NCBI GenBank assembly: GCA_030753015.1
Contig: JASMDC010000061.1
Coordinates: forward strand, 1-16,687
DNA length: 16,687 bases
Reading direction: 5' to 3'
DNA from: Candidatus Undinarchaeales archaeon
GTDB taxonomy: Archaea > SpSt-1190 > JASMDC01
Below, piece by piece: positions 15,107 to 16,687 of this stretch (position 1 is its first letter; the number at the start of each line of letters is the position of its first letter). Both the position numbers and the translations under genes were made by a program. The notes below the pieces were generated by a model that worked only from the letters and a program-made list of their open reading frames with translations, made no database searches and was not told the origin of the DNA.

Positions 15107-15835
15107 TCACCAGCCGTGCAGCACGTCGTAGAGCAGGTCGGGCCGGTCCGTGATTATGCCGTCAACGCCTATGTCCACCAATCGCTGCATGTCCGGTTCC
15201 TCGTTCACGGTATAGGAATAGACCTTCAGGCCTGCCTCGTGCGCAGCGTTAACGAAGGCATCGTTCAGGAACTCGTACCCGGGATTGATCGTGTCGGCAC
15301 CGGCAAGGAGCGCCGAGTAGATACTGAGCGGATTGGCGCCATGTACGAGGAGGCCGGTCCTGATGGAGGGATCGGCTCGCTTGGCCTCCCACACCTCCAG
15401 GTAGTTGAAGGAGGATATTAGCGTACTGGACCCCAGACCGTACCGGTTCACGGTCTCCACGACATCCCTGGCGAGACCGGAGTCCTTGATCTCGACGTTC
15501 ACAAGGCCATTGCGGTCGACAGCCAGCTCGAGCGCCTCCTCAAGGGTGGGTACGTGCTCCCCGTCGCCTACGTCCATTCTCTGAAGCTCCTCGAGAGTGT
15601 AGTCGGACACCTTTCCGGTATAGACGCCACCGGTCACGCGATCTAGGTCGTCGTCGTGGATCACCACAATAACTCCGTCACGCGAGCGTCGGACATCCAG
15701 CTCGATCCCGTCCGCGCCCTCGTCGTAGGCGCGGGTGAATCCCCGCAGGGTGTTCTCCGGCTCGAGAGCACGAGCTCCCCGATGACCTATGTTGAGGAGA
15801 TCGTCCCAGTCCCCGAGAGCGCCCCTATCGCTCAT
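15107..15835 (-). CDS. glpQ: Glycerophosphodiester phosphodiesterase (GlpQ/UgpQ family)
   Basis: IGHRGA...PENTL, IELDV..SRDG..VVIHD, VPTLEE, NVEIK, ISSF, YTVN, GVDGIITDRPD. Confidence 0.93.
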   Translation of the reverse strand: MSDRGALGDWDDLLNIGHRGARALEPENTLRGFTRAYDEGADGIELDVRRSRDGVIVVIHDDDLDRVTGGVYTGKVSDYTLEELQRMDVGDGEHVPTLEEALELAVDRNGLVNVEIKDSGLARDVVETVNRYGLGSSTLISSFNYLEVWEAKRADPSIRTGLLVHGANPLSIYSALLAGADTINPGYEFLNDAFVNAAHEAGLKVYSYTVNEEPDMQRLVDIGVDGIITDRPDLLYDVLHGW

Positions 15836-15930
15836 GAGCGTGATGATGACGACGGTCTTATTTGAAGCTTTCGCCGCCGTATACCGGATTCGGGGTAACA
15901 GGTAACCGAAAAAGCGGCCCGTTCATATAC

Positions 15931-15976
15931 CAGTAGATTACAGGGTCACTTAGTGAAATGACCCGCTAATTTACTG
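15931..15976. repeat. 46-bp imperfect inverted repeat in a divergent intergenic region
   Basis: CAGTAGATTA-CA-GGGTCA ... TGACCC-GC-TAATTTACTG, with inner TCACT-T-AGTGA. Confidence 0.65.
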
Positions 15977-16045
15977 ATATTATTTCCGACCATCATCGCG
16001 CTCCCGAACGTTTGATTTTTAAGCTTCCTTCCCTCTCCCTCGGTC

Positions 16046-16375
16046 ATGGCAGAAGTGGAGCTTGAGCTCGAGCTTGATGACACCGAGTACGACTTCGGCG
16101 AGGAGGTCGATGTGTCCTTCACCGTAGAGACCGACGAGGACCTTTCAGTGCGTGGCGTGCGTGTTGAGCTCGTGTGCAACGGCAGTGTCGTCCAGACGAT
16201 GAAGGAGGAGTTCCCCTCCATCCCCCGAGGCGAGAACGAGTACGAGTTCACCCTCCCCGTACCCCGTGGCAGGCCGACTGTGAACGGAGGGCGTTGGAAC
16301 GTTCGCGGGATCGTGGACATCCCCCTCTGGCCCGATAAGTCCGTGAGCAAGGACATCGTCGTCTGCGAACCCTGA
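16046..16375 (+). CDS. Small acidic beta-sandwich protein, arrestin-N/SpoOM-like
   Basis: LELDDTEYDFGEEVDVSFTV....VRGVRVEL...GENEYEFTLPVP...PT....W.VRGIVDIPLWPD......IVV follows the arrestin-N strand pattern. TTTTTAAG TATA-like element upstream; no signal peptide. Confidence 0.6.
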   Translation: MAEVELELELDDTEYDFGEEVDVSFTVETDEDLSVRGVRVELVCNGSVVQTMKEEFPSIPRGENEYEFTLPVPRGRPTVNGGRWNVRGIVDIPLWPDKSVSKDIVVCEP

Positions 16376-16687
16376 TAAGCGTTCTATACACACGTCAAAT
16401 GGGGCCGGGAAGGCCCGTATCAAGGAAAAGTATAAATTCTTATTAATACTTAATAATATCTTGGGTTATCGTGGATCTGGCCTGTAATGGCGCCCCTTCT
16501 GGAGGGACTGGGGAGTCGGGACCGCGCCTGTTCACAACCCATGGATGACGTAGGGACCAACGGCGACCGCTGCATTCTCTGCCGGCCGGACCGACACCTT
16601 TCCCCCCTGAACGGTGACCGGCCTCTGTGGCCGCCGCCCCCTTCGTCACGCGTTTGACATCGATTTTGTGAACTACACCTCTCCAAG

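Noticed and set aside
2961-16356. Many long antisense or alternative-frame ORFs (e.g. 9854-10699, 10657-11601, 12836-13720, 5775-6380)
   Set aside because: These are shadows of GC-rich genes with clear motifs, and they show no recognisable domains.
16443-16686. Short minus-strand ORFs of 68 and 78 aa
   Set aside because: Atypical composition, no motifs, and truncated by the window edge.

Overview
High-GC archaeal DNA: TATA boxes lie about 25 bp upstream of start codons, and the CetZ, MNT/HEPN and TadA/FlaI-type genes look archaeal. The ATPase and surface proteins resemble DPANN types, which is an inference. The left part is an accessory toxin-antitoxin region. It holds the left end of an IS200/IS605 element (5' end of a probable tnpB) inserted into a HEPN-like gene, three HEPN-like/MNT modules whose MNTs carry an extra Cas2/PaaX-like C-terminal domain, a VapBC pair, and several phased palindrome arrays. 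The centre is the most unusual part. One divergent promoter separates (+) a pilus/T2SS-type secretion ATPase fused to an N-terminal 16-Cys, four-cluster [4Fe-4S] ferredoxin domain plus two TadC/GspF platform proteins, from (-) two large membrane-anchored surface proteins. After an interposed TA module, the minus-strand run continues with a degenerate pseudo-GTPase tubulin/FtsZ paralogue and a Cys-rich CetZ-like tubulin. The right part encodes a macrodomain protein, a flavodoxin, a glycerophosphodiester phosphodiesterase and a small stand-alone arrestin-N/SpoOM-like protein. All family calls are by motif recognition only; no searches were run.
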